In this document: piece by piece, positions 9,763 through 19,281 of the stretch
Layout: the number at the start of each line of letters is the position of its first letter
Position numbering within the stretch: position 1 is the first letter of the stretch
NCBI GenBank assembly: GCA_964499905.1
Contig: CAZCPT010000001.1
Span: 1-60,054, forward strand
Source: an uncultured Candidatus Saccharibacteria bacterium
GTDB taxonomy: Bacteria > Patescibacteriota > Saccharimonadia > Saccharimonadales > Saccharimonadaceae
DNA length: 60,054 nucleotides
Direction: 5' to 3'
Translations under genes and position numbers: made by a program
Notes under the pieces: model-generated
What the model was told of the DNA's origin: nothing
Databases searched by the model: none
What the model saw: the letters and a program-made list of their open reading frames with translations, nothing else

Positions 9763-12700
9763 TTATAGGGTTGGCTCTAATATCTTTTTTGCTATACACC
9801 GAATCGCACAACCCGTGGTTCTACCGGTAGAATCGTTTATTGTTGCGCCCCCTGAGAATACTCTGAAATATGCTAATGTTCCGCCACTAGTAAATGACGC
9901 GGAATTATAGTAACCGTATGTATTTGTATATTGTAATGAATTGTCTAATACCCAGATTCGTCCTGAGAATGGAAGATTTGCTCCGCCTTGAGTAATAGGT
10001 TTTCTTACTAAATCGTTGGTGTTATAGTGGCTATACATTTCGGCATATTCGCCTTCTGGGCCACCTGTAGGCATTCTCCATCCGGCAGGGCAAATGTCTT
10101 GCTCTGAATAGGTTATTGTGACATCCGAACCTGAAACCGTACCACCAGATGCCGCATAATAGTTATATAAAGTGCCGAATGCTTCATTGCTAACACTATC
10201 AGTTCCTGATATCGATATAAATGCTCCATCGTTTTCTCTTGCCGTGTTGAAGCTGGCATCTTTCCATCCGTTAAATGTGGTTGAGCTTATTGTGGTTTTA
10301 ATATTGGTATTATCACTTGTTAGGTTATTCGAAATACTTGTGCGTCCTAAATCTAAGTTTTCCGCTAACCAAATGTTTCCATCTAATAGCTTTGCGATTT
10401 TGTAAGATTTATTATCACGCCCATCTGTTAGATTATAATTCGTGTTAGCTGACATTGATGAACGGATTGATAGGATATCGGCATATGCTAAGGATTTGAA
10501 ATCTTGTAAGTAAGTTAGATTTGAAATTGTTTTTTCTGCATAAATACAACGAGCTGACATGCCGCGACTCCTTATCATTGAATCTGCGGAATATATTTGG
10601 CTTCCCCCCGAAGAAATAAATAGATATCGCATTTCGGTATCGGAGCTTCTGACGGATTCCCAATAACTGCCACTGTTATTAACCGCTTCTACGTTTCCAC
10701 TTATATTCACTCTACCTGCATAAGCAAAGGCTGCACCTCCTTCTGATTCCGATTTTCGCATTAGCTCTAACGAATGATAGTTCGAATAAAGCGTTGAGTA
10801 TTCGGTGTTGGTCGGTAGTCTCCACCCTGCTGGACAAATATCATAATATGAGTTTTCCGTATTTATATTTCCTGATATCTTTCCAGCTGAAATTGCATAG
10901 TAATTATATAGTGTACCATAGCGGTTGCCAGATGTGGCGTCAGATCCTGTTTGTACAATATATTCGCCTGCATCATAAGTCATTTCGTATTGGGTCTTTT
11001 TCCAGCTTTCAAAAGTGCTTCTAGAGATTGTTGTGTTTGTGTCTGTATTATTTGCAGTTAAATCTCCTGTTAATGGTTCTGCGCCGAGATTTAGGTTTTC
11101 CATCATCCAGCACCTACCATCATCTAGCCTTTTTATTATATATGATTGCATGTCTCGAGAATCGTATACGATTGACGCCGTAGACGTACAGTCTGAGGCG
11201 CTAATATTTTGAATAAGCTGAGAATCTGGCACTGCTGTTGACGAAATAGTATCCGAAGTAGTTCCTACTGTATATGTTGTATTAGTTATATTGTATTGTT
11301 CAATGTCGCCACTAGTTGACTCCCATTTTTCTAAGGTGTAGCCAGAGTTGGTTGTGGTTTGAATTGTATAAGTTTCTCCTTCTTCGAGTTGGACAGATTG
11401 GCCGTTACTAACCGTGCCGCCATTAATCTTGATTTCTGTGACGCCGGTACCATATTGGACTTTAACATTATGCTTTGGCTTTTTTAGTATACATCTAATA
11501 CTATCACCACTGCTACGGTCGCTATATAGGTATGCTGGGTTAACCGAAGACGTTGTCATGAATAGCGTGTATATACTGGTGGCATTGTTTCTTGATGATG
11601 ACCAATAAAAACCATAGCCGTTTGTTGGGCTGGTCCAAGTACTACTAAAGAATCCTGGTATAGCAAATGCTGCACCACCCTCTGCGATTGGCTTTCTAAT
11701 ATTTTCAAGTGAATTGTATGCCTCATTATTGTACAGAGCTGTGAATTCCCCTGTTGCATTACCGGTCGGTAGTCTCCAGCCGGCTGGGCAGATGTCATAT
11801 TCCGCATCAGAAGTATTAATGTCGCCGGATACTGTCCCGGCAGTTGCGGCGTAGTAATTATAGAGTGTACCTTTCTTAGAGCCTGATGTTTGATCCGTTC
11901 CTGCTATTTGGGTGAATACACCATTATCTTTTGTCGGTGATGCTCCGGAGGTCGTTTTCCAACTATTAAACGTACTTGCCGATACTGTTTCATTAATATT
12001 TGTATTACTACTTGTTAAGTCTGTTACTAGTGTGATTGCGCCTAAATTAAGGTTATCAATCATCCAGCAGTTGCCATCGGCAAGTTTGGCTACAGTATAG
12101 AGTTGTCCATCGCGGGTATCATAAACCTGCTTTGGCGTCGAAGAGCATTCGGAGTATTTGAGGTTTTGGATAGTTTGCATTGCGTTTGCTTCTAGGGTAG
12201 ACGTCGTTGCATTTAATGGTGTAAATGTATATCCTGTTAGCGCATACCCAGTATTTAATACCGGATTTATCACAAGTGGCGTGTTATTGGCTAGACTTAC
12301 CGTGCCGTTATTTGCTACTGAGTTTCCATTTACTGTGGTGCTAGCTATACCTTCACCATATTTGATTTGTACTGTTCTAGTACCCATTTCGGCGATTGGT
12401 GAAATAAAACTATTGCCATCTCCTACCGTGTAAGTCGTACTTGCGCTGGTAGGACCGGCAACTTCTCCTTCTTTGCCCGGATTCCAACGGACAAATGAGT
12501 ACCCATCTTCAAGAGTAGCCGTAAGCGTGTAGCTTTGCCCAGAAGTTAGGTTTTCTACCAAGCAACCTGTCTTTAATGTACAATCTACATTGTTTAATGT
12601 GACCTTACTAATACCGGACGTTGGTGCAATTGTAATGTTGTATAGCATCGTTGCAGTTAAAGTATATTTGACTGTCCCTATATAATCACCAGCCACCTGA

Positions 12701-13302
12701 TCTGTGGCAGAGCTAACCTTGTAAGTTGTAGTAATCGCTGAACCAGTTTCACTATCTGTTCCACCATTATAGTTTGAAATCATTTCTGGCGTAGAGGGAA
12801 TTTCGCTATATGAATTATAACCATTTTCGATTGTTAGATTTTCTGGCGAATAAGATGTATTATCTTTTGATATTTTCATTGACCAGTTTGAAACGTTGCC
12901 GCTTTCTGTGCCGGTTGGAATTACAGAATTATTACTAGTGTTTTTTAGATTTGTATTTCCTTCAGTTTCGTTTGTATATCCAACAGCATATACTTGATGA
13001 TCGAGTGAATTGGGGCATTTTGTCACTATTTTCGTGGTACCAATCTCTTCTGCTTCTGTACCTGGGCTAATGGTTGCTTGATGGGTTGCTTCTTCAATCT
13101 TGGTAAACGTGCAGCTTGTTGAATCTGCATACAGTTGGCTTTCGTCTGGTTCAGCAAATGATTTTGTAATCTTAAAGCTCATTGTGAAGGCTGCAAAAAA
13201 TGTTATGACTACCAAAATTTTTGCCATAACTCTTTCTGGCCGAAGTCGGATAATTCTTCTAATCCTTTTTCGGTCAAATAGCCTTCTTACACCATGGCCC
13301 AT
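9763..13302 (-). CDS. 1179-aa surface protein with three FISUMP domains and divergent InlB-B repeats
   Basis: Three DxRD...W..xNL.LG...ICPAGWR.PT...RCI units; basic then hydrophobic N-terminus; WxL-like GDYIGTVKYTLT motif. Confidence 0.88.
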   Translation of the reverse strand: MGHGVRRLFDRKRIRRIIRLRPERVMAKILVVITFFAAFTMSFKITKSFAEPDESQLYADSTSCTFTKIEEATHQATISPGTEAEEIGTTKIVTKCPNSLDHQVYAVGYTNETEGNTNLKNTSNNSVIPTGTESGNVSNWSMKISKDNTSYSPENLTIENGYNSYSEIPSTPEMISNYNGGTDSETGSAITTTYKVSSATDQVAGDYIGTVKYTLTATMLYNITIAPTSGISKVTLNNVDCTLKTGCLVENLTSGQSYTLTATLEDGYSFVRWNPGKEGEVAGPTSASTTYTVGDGNSFISPIAEMGTRTVQIKYGEGIASTTVNGNSVANNGTVSLANNTPLVINPVLNTGYALTGYTFTPLNATTSTLEANAMQTIQNLKYSECSSTPKQVYDTRDGQLYTVAKLADGNCWMIDNLNLGAITLVTDLTSSNTNINETVSASTFNSWKTTSGASPTKDNGVFTQIAGTDQTSGSKKGTLYNYYAATAGTVSGDINTSDAEYDICPAGWRLPTGNATGEFTALYNNEAYNSLENIRKPIAEGGAAFAIPGFFSSTWTSPTNGYGFYWSSSRNNATSIYTLFMTTSSVNPAYLYSDRSSGDSIRCILKKPKHNVKVQYGTGVTEIKINGGTVSNGQSVQLEEGETYTIQTTTNSGYTLEKWESTSGDIEQYNITNTTYTVGTTSDTISSTAVPDSQLIQNISASDCTSTASIVYDSRDMQSYIIKRLDDGRCWMMENLNLGAEPLTGDLTANNTDTNTTISRSTFESWKKTQYEMTYDAGEYIVQTGSDATSGNRYGTLYNYYAISAGKISGNINTENSYYDICPAGWRLPTNTEYSTLYSNYHSLELMRKSESEGGAAFAYAGRVNISGNVEAVNNSGSYWESVRSSDTEMRYLFISSGGSQIYSADSMIRSRGMSARCIYAEKTISNLTYLQDFKSLAYADILSIRSSMSANTNYNLTDGRDNKSYKIAKLLDGNIWLAENLDLGRTSISNNLTSDNTNIKTTISSTTFNGWKDASFNTARENDGAFISISGTDSVSNEAFGTLYNYYAASGGTVSGSDVTITYSEQDICPAGWRMPTGGPEGEYAEMYSHYNTNDLVRKPITQGGANLPFSGRIWVLDNSLQYTNTYGYYNSASFTSGGTLAYFRVFSGGATINDSTGRTTGCAIRCIAKKILEPTL

Positions 13303-13351
13303 ATATTATATATTTTACCAAAAGCAAGATGATAACGGTAGTGTTTTTTAT

Positions 13352-13915
13352 CTATTTTTTATCATAAAGTTTAGTATTATCTATCACTAATCTTCGCTTA
13401 CTGTATTGCCTGATAGCTTTCTTGATATCTTTCTTATATTCAATACGTGTAGAAATCAGGATTTTAGTAGGATCTTTTGGGATGAAACAAATCGTATAAT
13501 GATTAAAGATTACGTATTTAGTGTCACGCCAAAGCAAACGATACTTGCCTTGCGAGTTTTCTACCTGCACAAAGTATTTGGCAATTTGAAGGCTGCGTTT
13601 GCCCTTGATGCTGTGATACTGGTTAATTGTTCTAAGTACATAAAACAAATACGACGCACTAACTATAAGTACTAATGAGAAAAATACAATTGGATAAACA
13701 TTAATTATGTGATGATTAATGAGTAGAGAAATTGAGAAAATTAAGATCATCGCAATTGAAATAATGGTATAGACAAGTGGGCGAGTTGTTGCAAAATGGA
13801 CGTACGACCTCGGTTCCTCGCGTAAGAAATCGTAGTTGAGTAGTATCCAGTAGAATTCGTTATAGTATTTCTTATCTGCCGACTCAGCAATCTTGATTTT
13901 CATCTGATGCTCCAA
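13352..13915 (-). CDS. Two-TM membrane protein with YcxB-like C-terminal domain
   Basis: Two hydrophobic helices then ...RLLWRDTKYV...ICFIPK pattern; start (TTG or downstream ATG) uncertain. Confidence 0.55.
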   Translation of the reverse strand: MEHQMKIKIAESADKKYYNEFYWILLNYDFLREEPRSYVHFATTRPLVYTIISIAMILIFSISLLINHHIINVYPIVFFSLVLIVSASYLFYVLRTINQYHSIKGKRSLQIAKYFVQVENSQGKYRLLWRDTKYVIFNHYTICFIPKDPTKILISTRIEYKKDIKKAIRQYSKRRLVIDNTKLYDKK

Positions 13916-13983
13916 CTCTCTCTATTTTCATTATACTATAAAAAATTATATCTGTTATATTGATTTTTAGGGAAAATATTTTA

Positions 13984-14400
13984 TTAATACTTCTTTTTAA
14001 TTGTGACGTCAATGCTATTTTGGCCGAGTATTTCTACGATACGGTATAAAGTTTCCATACAGAGCATAACACGCGGGTGTGGTGTGTCTTCATTATAATC
14101 AAAGATATTAAAGCCAAATAATTTGTTTGATTTTAGGCCGTCGCAAAAGAGAAATTCATATTCTTCGCCATCAAAATTGTCGTTTTGCTCGAGGTTTTCC
14201 ATCTTGATAAGTTTTGGATTGGTTTGGATTAGTTGCAAGATTTCGAGTAGAGCACTTTTTGGTAAAGTATATGTGCTATAGTCGCCATAATCTTTAACTG
14301 AAATGTTGTTATCTTCTATATAATCGACTTTTAATTCAAAAAACTCATCATCACCATAAGGATACATTGCAGGTTCGCGTCGGTACTGAAAAATAATCAT
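13984..14400 (-). CDS. Hypothetical acidic protein, about 138 aa (start moved to MIIFQY)
   Basis: Track ORF 13984..14478 runs through a terminator; ATG at 14400 lies 6 nt after TATAAT. Confidence 0.65.
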   Translation of the reverse strand: MIIFQYRREPAMYPYGDDEFFELKVDYIEDNNISVKDYGDYSTYTLPKSALLEILQLIQTNPKLIKMENLEQNDNFDGEEYEFLFCDGLKSNKLFGFNIFDYNEDTPHPRVMLCMETLYRIVEILGQNSIDVTIKKKY

Positions 14401-14406
14401 ATTTCT

Positions 14407-14443
14407 ATTATAAATGAAAAAACCGCCTATTTCTAGACGGTTT
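14407..14443 (-). terminator. Terminator of the VanZ-like gene fused to a -10 box for the next gene
   Basis: Minus strand AAACCGTCTA-GAAA-TAGGCGGTTTTTT-CATT-TATAAT. Confidence 0.75.
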
Positions 14444-14909
14444 GGGCTTTTTTGGCGGTAATTAATTTGCTGATCCATTCTGTAAGCAGACCTAGGAGGA
14501 TACCGACGATTGTGCCGGCGACATTGATTGCTGCATCTCTTATCGATGCGCTTCTTCCGAAGGTGTATGCTTGCATAAATTCGGCCATGATGGCAATAAA
14601 TATACTCATTATAAACGAAGTTAAGACCGAAGCCTTAACGGTAGTAGCTGAGCTATTTATGGCAAGATGGCCTGCATAGGCGAGAATGGTGAATACGAGC
14701 CCGTGGCCGAGCTTACGGATGAGATAGTAAAGCTTTTCGCTGTACGCTAGGTCTTTACCTAGCAGTACCGAAATCTTTTGAACTATGCCAACCGTAGCGT
14801 TGGTGACGTTTTCGGAATCAGAGGAATTCTGCCAGCAAAGTACAAATACCACCAAGAGAATCGCGATGTACTTAAGCCATCTTTTGAGCTGCTTGCTCAA
14901 TTCTATCAC
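14433..14909 (-). CDS. VanZ-like family membrane protein
   Basis: IRKLGH...F..LA and AEFMQAY..GRSAS.RD..IN..G motifs; GTG start after AAAGGG. Confidence 0.85.
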   Translation of the reverse strand: MIELSKQLKRWLKYIAILLVVFVLCWQNSSDSENVTNATVGIVQKISVLLGKDLAYSEKLYYLIRKLGHGLVFTILAYAGHLAINSSATTVKASVLTSFIMSIFIAIMAEFMQAYTFGRSASIRDAAINVAGTIVGILLGLLTEWISKLITAKKAQTV

Positions 14910-14988
14910 CCCTTTGTCTTAAAGTGCGAAGCCTCTTATTATTATATCAAAAAGTTTAAGTTTTGTCAAGTTGGTGTAGAATAGAACT

Positions 14989-16344
14989 ATGGGGAAGGTC
15001 TATATTGCGATTGACTTAAAATCGTTTTATGCCAGCGTTGAATGTGTTGAACGTGGGCTAGATCCTTTGACGGCTCGACTGGTGGTAGCTGATGCTTCAA
15101 AAACCGAAAAAACGATTTGTCTTGCGGTTACGCCGGCTTTGAAGGCACTTGGGATTCCTGGTAGAGCTCGGCTTTTTGAGGTATATCAAAAGACTGATGA
15201 TTTTATTATTGCTCCGCCTAGGATGCGAAAATACATGGAAATTTCAACTAAAATTTTTTCGATTTATGCGACATTTGTAGCACCAGAAGATATTCATGTG
15301 TATTCGGTAGACGAAGTGTTTATTGATGCTTCACCCTACCTAAATAATTACCATGGGTCTCCTCGCGAACTTGCCATGGCGATGGTAAAAGAGGTATTAA
15401 AACAAACCGGTATTACCGCTACTGTGGGGATTGGAACGAATTTATATTTAGCCAAAATCGCGATGGACATCCATGCCAAACATATGGAGCCAGATAAGGA
15501 CGGAGTACGGATTGCCGAATTAGACGAGATGAGCTATCGCAAAGAGCTTTGGAGCCACGAGCCGCTCACAGATTTCTGGCGAATTGGGCCTGGGTATAAT
15601 AGAAGGTTAAATAAACTTGGAATTCATACAATGGGCGAGCTTGCACGCTATTCACTAAGTGGCGCAAATACTCTGTATCATGAATTTGGCGTGGCAGCAG
15701 AACTATTAATTGACCATGCATGGGGCTATGAGCCAGTCGAGATTTCTGAAATTAAAAAATATCGTTCCAAGAACCGTTCCGTTTGTTCTGGGCAGGTATT
15801 ATCGCGGCCGTATAAGTTTGATGAAGCCCGTACTGTTACTCTTGAAATGGCCGACCAGTTAGCTCTTGATATTATGCGATTAAAATTAGTTTCCGATCAA
15901 CTTGTTATGACGGTTGTTTATGATGTTTTAAGTGCTAAGGATTATAAAGGAAAGATTATTAAAGATCGCTATGGCAGAAAAATACCAGAGTCCGCGCATG
16001 GTACGATAAATTTTGACGGCTTTACTGAAACAAGTAGTACATTTATGATTAAATCTGGCGAATTGTTCGATAGGATTGTCAACCCCGATTTATTAATTAG
16101 GCGTATTTATTTAACAGCTAACCATATTCAGTATTACCGTGCCAAGCGTCCGCTTAGACAACTAAATATTTTCACGAATTATGTAGAAAAGAAAAATAAA
16201 GAAGAAAAAGAAGTCCGGCGCGAAGAGGCGATTTTAAAGATTAAAAAGCGTTATGGACGAAATGCAATTTTACGTGGCTTAAATTATGATGAGGGTGCTA
16301 CTCAAATTGAAAGAAATAATCAAGTTGGAGGCCATAAGGCATGA
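14989..16344 (+). CDS. Y-family DNA polymerase (ImpB/MucB/SamB, UmuC/DinB-like)
   Basis: IDLKSFYASVE, YSVDE, GIG.N..LAKIA motifs; C-terminal IKKRYGRNAI. Confidence 0.93.
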   Translation: MGKVYIAIDLKSFYASVECVERGLDPLTARLVVADASKTEKTICLAVTPALKALGIPGRARLFEVYQKTDDFIIAPPRMRKYMEISTKIFSIYATFVAPEDIHVYSVDEVFIDASPYLNNYHGSPRELAMAMVKEVLKQTGITATVGIGTNLYLAKIAMDIHAKHMEPDKDGVRIAELDEMSYRKELWSHEPLTDFWRIGPGYNRRLNKLGIHTMGELARYSLSGANTLYHEFGVAAELLIDHAWGYEPVEISEIKKYRSKNRSVCSGQVLSRPYKFDEARTVTLEMADQLALDIMRLKLVSDQLVMTVVYDVLSAKDYKGKIIKDRYGRKIPESAHGTINFDGFTETSSTFMIKSGELFDRIVNPDLLIRRIYLTANHIQYYRAKRPLRQLNIFTNYVEKKNKEEKEVRREEAILKIKKRYGRNAILRGLNYDEGATQIERNNQVGGHKA

Positions 16345-16568
16345 ATTACGACGATATTATTAATTTACCGCATTTTCATGCTGAAGGGAGACCATACATG
16401 TCCATGCGAGACAGAGCTGCGCAATTTGCGCCATTTAAGAACCTAAAAGGTTTTGATGAGTTGGTCGGCGAAGAAGAATTTGATATAGAAAAAGGCGCAA
16501 ACGCTCTTTGGTACGATATTGAACCAGGCCTAGATGAATTTTATGAAGAAGAAATCTATTACAACTAG
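16341..16568 (+). CDS. YolD-like accessory protein of the Y-family polymerase (short form)
   Basis: DIINLPH...MSMRDRAAQFAPF..LKG motif; ATGA overlap with the polymerase stop. Confidence 0.75.
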   Translation: MNYDDIINLPHFHAEGRPYMSMRDRAAQFAPFKNLKGFDELVGEEEFDIEKGANALWYDIEPGLDEFYEEEIYYN

Positions 16569-16618
16569 TATAATAATACTGGGTAGTTAACTGTACTTTA
16601 AAAGGAGGGGGAATTAAA

Positions 16619-16804
16619 ATGGCGATTTTTGAAGCTTTAGTCGCAGTAGTTTTCTTACTTTTCTTTTTACTGATGCTTATTTTCGAGCTTCGTTCAAGAA
16701 ACATTTTATATGCCGAAAAAATGATGAAAATGTTTAATATCTTGGTGACAATCATCATTTTACTTATCGTTTCGTCCCTTATTTTTTATAATAAATTATG
16801 TTAA
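16619..16804 (+). CDS. Small 61-aa two-TM membrane protein
   Basis: Strong SD AAAGGAGGGGG, two hydrophobic segments, followed by terminator. Confidence 0.65.
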   Translation: MAIFEALVAVVFLLFFLLMLIFELRSRNILYAEKMMKMFNILVTIIILLIVSSLIFYNKLC

Positions 16805-16809
16805 CTACC

Positions 16810-16845
16810 AACCGTCTCGAATGAGGCGGTTTTTCATGCTATAAT
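16810..16845 (+). terminator. Terminator fused to an extended -10 box for the SDR-rubrerythrin operon
   Basis: AACCGTCTC-GAAT-GAGGCGGTTTTT-CA-TGCTATAAT. Confidence 0.75.
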
Positions 16846-16872
16846 TATTTAGAATATAAAAGGAGTGTATTA

Positions 16873-17634
16873 ATGTTTAATCTAAAGGGAAAAGTTGCGG
16901 TCGTAACAGGCGCATCATCAGGACTTGGTAAGCAGATGGCTTTAGCATTTGCGAGACAGGGCGCAGATCTTGTGATTCTTGCTCGTCGCTACGAAAGATT
17001 AGAGGAGTTTAAACCAGAGCTCGAAAAAGCGGGGGCTAAAAAGGTGCTCCCAATTAAATGTGATGTGACTTCCACCGAAAGTATTGATGCTGCAGCTAAG
17101 CAAGCAGAAAAAGAATTTGGTCATGTCGATATTCTATTAAACTGTGCTGGTTCTTCTAAAGATAAGGGTGTGGTTGATATGACGGATGAAGAATGGGATT
17201 TTACTATTGCTACTGATGAAACTTCTGTATTTAAAATGACAAGAGCTTTTGCTCGCATCATGAAGAAAAATCATTATGGTCGTATTATTAACATTGCTTC
17301 GATGTATGGTTTAGTTGGGAATACAGAAATTCATACTGTTGCATATCACGCTTCTAAGGGTGCCGTGGTGAACTTTACGCGTGCCGTGGCTGCTGAACTC
17401 GCAACCGATGGTATTACCTGTAATGCGATTTGTCCTGGCTATTTTGAGACCGAACTCACTAAAGCCGTACTAGATACCGAAAGATTCCAAGAGTTTGCTA
17501 AGACTCATGTGCCAATGGAGCGTTATGGCAAACCAGGTGAGCTAGACGCCGCTGTGGTGTTCTTAGCTAGTGAAGAAGCTTCATACGTGACTGGTTTAAT
17601 CATGCCAGTTGATGGCGGTTATACTTGTATTTAA
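16873..17634 (+). CDS. SDR family NAD(P)-dependent oxidoreductase (gluconate 5-dehydrogenase-like)
   Basis: TGASSGLG, NCAG, YHASK catalytic motif, VDGG. Confidence 0.92.
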   Translation: MFNLKGKVAVVTGASSGLGKQMALAFARQGADLVILARRYERLEEFKPELEKAGAKKVLPIKCDVTSTESIDAAAKQAEKEFGHVDILLNCAGSSKDKGVVDMTDEEWDFTIATDETSVFKMTRAFARIMKKNHYGRIINIASMYGLVGNTEIHTVAYHASKGAVVNFTRAVAAELATDGITCNAICPGYFETELTKAVLDTERFQEFAKTHVPMERYGKPGELDAAVVFLASEEASYVTGLIMPVDGGYTCI

Positions 17635-17646
17635 TAAAGGAGGAAT

Positions 17647-18183
17647 ATGTACAAAGGAACCAAAACTGAAAAAAATCTAGAAGCAGCGTTCGCTGGTGAA
17701 TCACAGGCACGTAATAAGTATACCTATTTTGCTTCTAAAGCCAAAAAAGATGGCTACGAACAAATTGCAGCGATTTTTGAAGAAACTGCAGGGAACGAAA
17801 AAGAACATGCTAAGATGTGGTTTAAAGAACTCCACGATGGTGCTGTTCCTTCAACCATTGATAACCTTCGTGCCGCTGCAGACGGCGAGAATTATGAGTG
17901 GACCGATATGTATGTTGAGTTCGCTAAAACTGCTCGCGAAGAAGGTTTTGAAGAACTAGCTAAAAAATTTGAAGCAGTAGCAGAGATTGAAAAGCATCAC
18001 GAAGAGCGCTATCGTAAACTTCTAAAGAACATCGAGGATAGCAAAGTATTCTCTAAGGATGGCGATGCTATTTGGGTTTGTCGTAACTGTGGCCATGTTG
18101 TAGTTGGGAAGAAAGCTCCGGAAGTTTGCCCGGTTTGTAACCACCCTCAAAGCTACTTTGAAATTAAAGCAGAGAACTTTTAA
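17647..18183 (+). CDS. rbr: Rubrerythrin
   Basis: [17 protein letters not shown] and EKHHEER di-iron motifs; C-terminal CRNC...CPVC rubredoxin domain. Confidence 0.95.
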   Translation: MYKGTKTEKNLEAAFAGESQARNKYTYFASKAKKDGYEQIAAIFEETAGNEKEHAKMWFKELHDGAVPSTIDNLRAAADGENYEWTDMYVEFAKTAREEGFEELAKKFEAVAEIEKHHEERYRKLLKNIEDSKVFSKDGDAIWVCRNCGHVVVGKKAPEVCPVCNHPQSYFEIKAENF

Positions 18184-18950
18184 TATAGTTCCGAGTCGTC
18201 TTCTACCAGTTTTGCGTGGAGGACGACTCTTTTTTGTCCGGTACCCACACAGCTAGAAAGAGTTAGCACTTTATCATCTTTTGTTATTTCTACACCATAA
18301 TTGTGGTTTGATCTATTCTTTATGGTATCAATAAACTTTTCGTATTCTTTGTCATTTTCGAAATCAGTTTTTATATAATAATCTTCTGGCACAATTTCGT
18401 AAGTAGAAAAGACTTTGTATAGACTATTACCTTTTTCTGTAGCAAAGATGATTGTTTGGTTTTCTGGTATGCTTTGCCATTCTTCACCTATTACCTTAAT
18501 AAGTGAACCAAACAGCGAGCCATCATTTAAATTATGACCATATATTATGATATTTTTATCTGTACCGTCGATTTTATTGCGGTAATCGGCAAATACCCAG
18601 CCCAATATATTACGGTTCCTATCAAAATCATGTGATAAATAATATTTGTTATCTTCAGCTCTAACTACTGCTACATCTATATTCGTGCCATAGACTTTTA
18701 GATAGCCTACAGTGTCCGGGTTTTTCTTTTTTAACTCATCAAAATTTATCTCATATCTTCTAGATATAGAGTTAGTTTCTTTTTTCTTTATATCTTTTTC
18801 GAGTTTTTTGCTAATATTTTGTAGATTTGCGGAGTCAATTTTATATTGAATTATTTTTAGCCCAGATATGACTAAAATTGCCGCAAAAAAGCCAATCAAA
18901 AGTAAGGTAAATATTTTTTTGGCTGTTTTTGATTTAGTCTTTAGTTTCAT
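18180..18950 (-). CDS. srtB: Class B sortase
   Basis: N-terminal [30 protein letters not shown] and RVVLHAK catalytic His/Cys/Arg. Confidence 0.92.
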   Translation of the reverse strand: MKLKTKSKTAKKIFTLLLIGFFAAILVISGLKIIQYKIDSANLQNISKKLEKDIKKKETNSISRRYEINFDELKKKNPDTVGYLKVYGTNIDVAVVRAEDNKYYLSHDFDRNRNILGWVFADYRNKIDGTDKNIIIYGHNLNDGSLFGSLIKVIGEEWQSIPENQTIIFATEKGNSLYKVFSTYEIVPEDYYIKTDFENDKEYEKFIDTIKNRSNHNYGVEITKDDKVLTLSSCVGTGQKRVVLHAKLVEDDSELY

Positions 18951-19281
18951 CTTCTACTCTGATAAACACACTTTTATTTGCCCCTCGTTCAAGGACCAGT
19001 TTATCATTTTCGAAACTATATTTAAATATACTGTCGGTGATTTTTTCATCTTTAAAATCAATGGAGATTTCGTTTGAATCTTTTTCATATGTAAAGTCAT
19101 ATTCTCCAGATTTTAAAACTAGTTTACCGGTTCGATTGACGTTAAACTGGTACGAGGTTTCATCAAGAGCCCAAGTGCCATATATAGACTTAACTTCGCC
19201 TTCTCGCGTTGTTATGAATGTGATAGCAGCAATTATTACCACCACTAGTAGTAATACTGCTGCTATAACTCTTTTTTTCAT
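18934..19281 (-). CDS. Small membrane-anchored beta-rich protein (DUF5640/lipocalin-like)
   Basis: N-terminal TM then IYGTW...F...G...FTYE repeat pattern; overlaps both neighbours. Confidence 0.6.
   Translation of the reverse strand: MKKRVIAAVLLLVVVIIAAITFITTREGEVKSIYGTWALDETSYQFNVNRTGKLVLKSGEYDFTYEKDSNEISIDFKDEKITDSIFKYSFENDKLVLERGANKSVFIRVEDETKD

Noticed and set aside
9763-9970. Second DGR variable region at the end of the 1179-aa FISUMP gene
   Set aside because: Many A-ending codons, no clear GC shift and an extra tail after IRC; signature much weaker
14433-14909. Glycopeptide resistance from the VanZ-like gene
   Set aside because: VanZ-like proteins are widespread and no van cluster is present
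16839-16853. PerR box upstream of the SDR-rubrerythrin operon
   Set aside because: Four mismatches to TTATAATnATTATAA; the match is explained by the -10 box in AT-rich DNA
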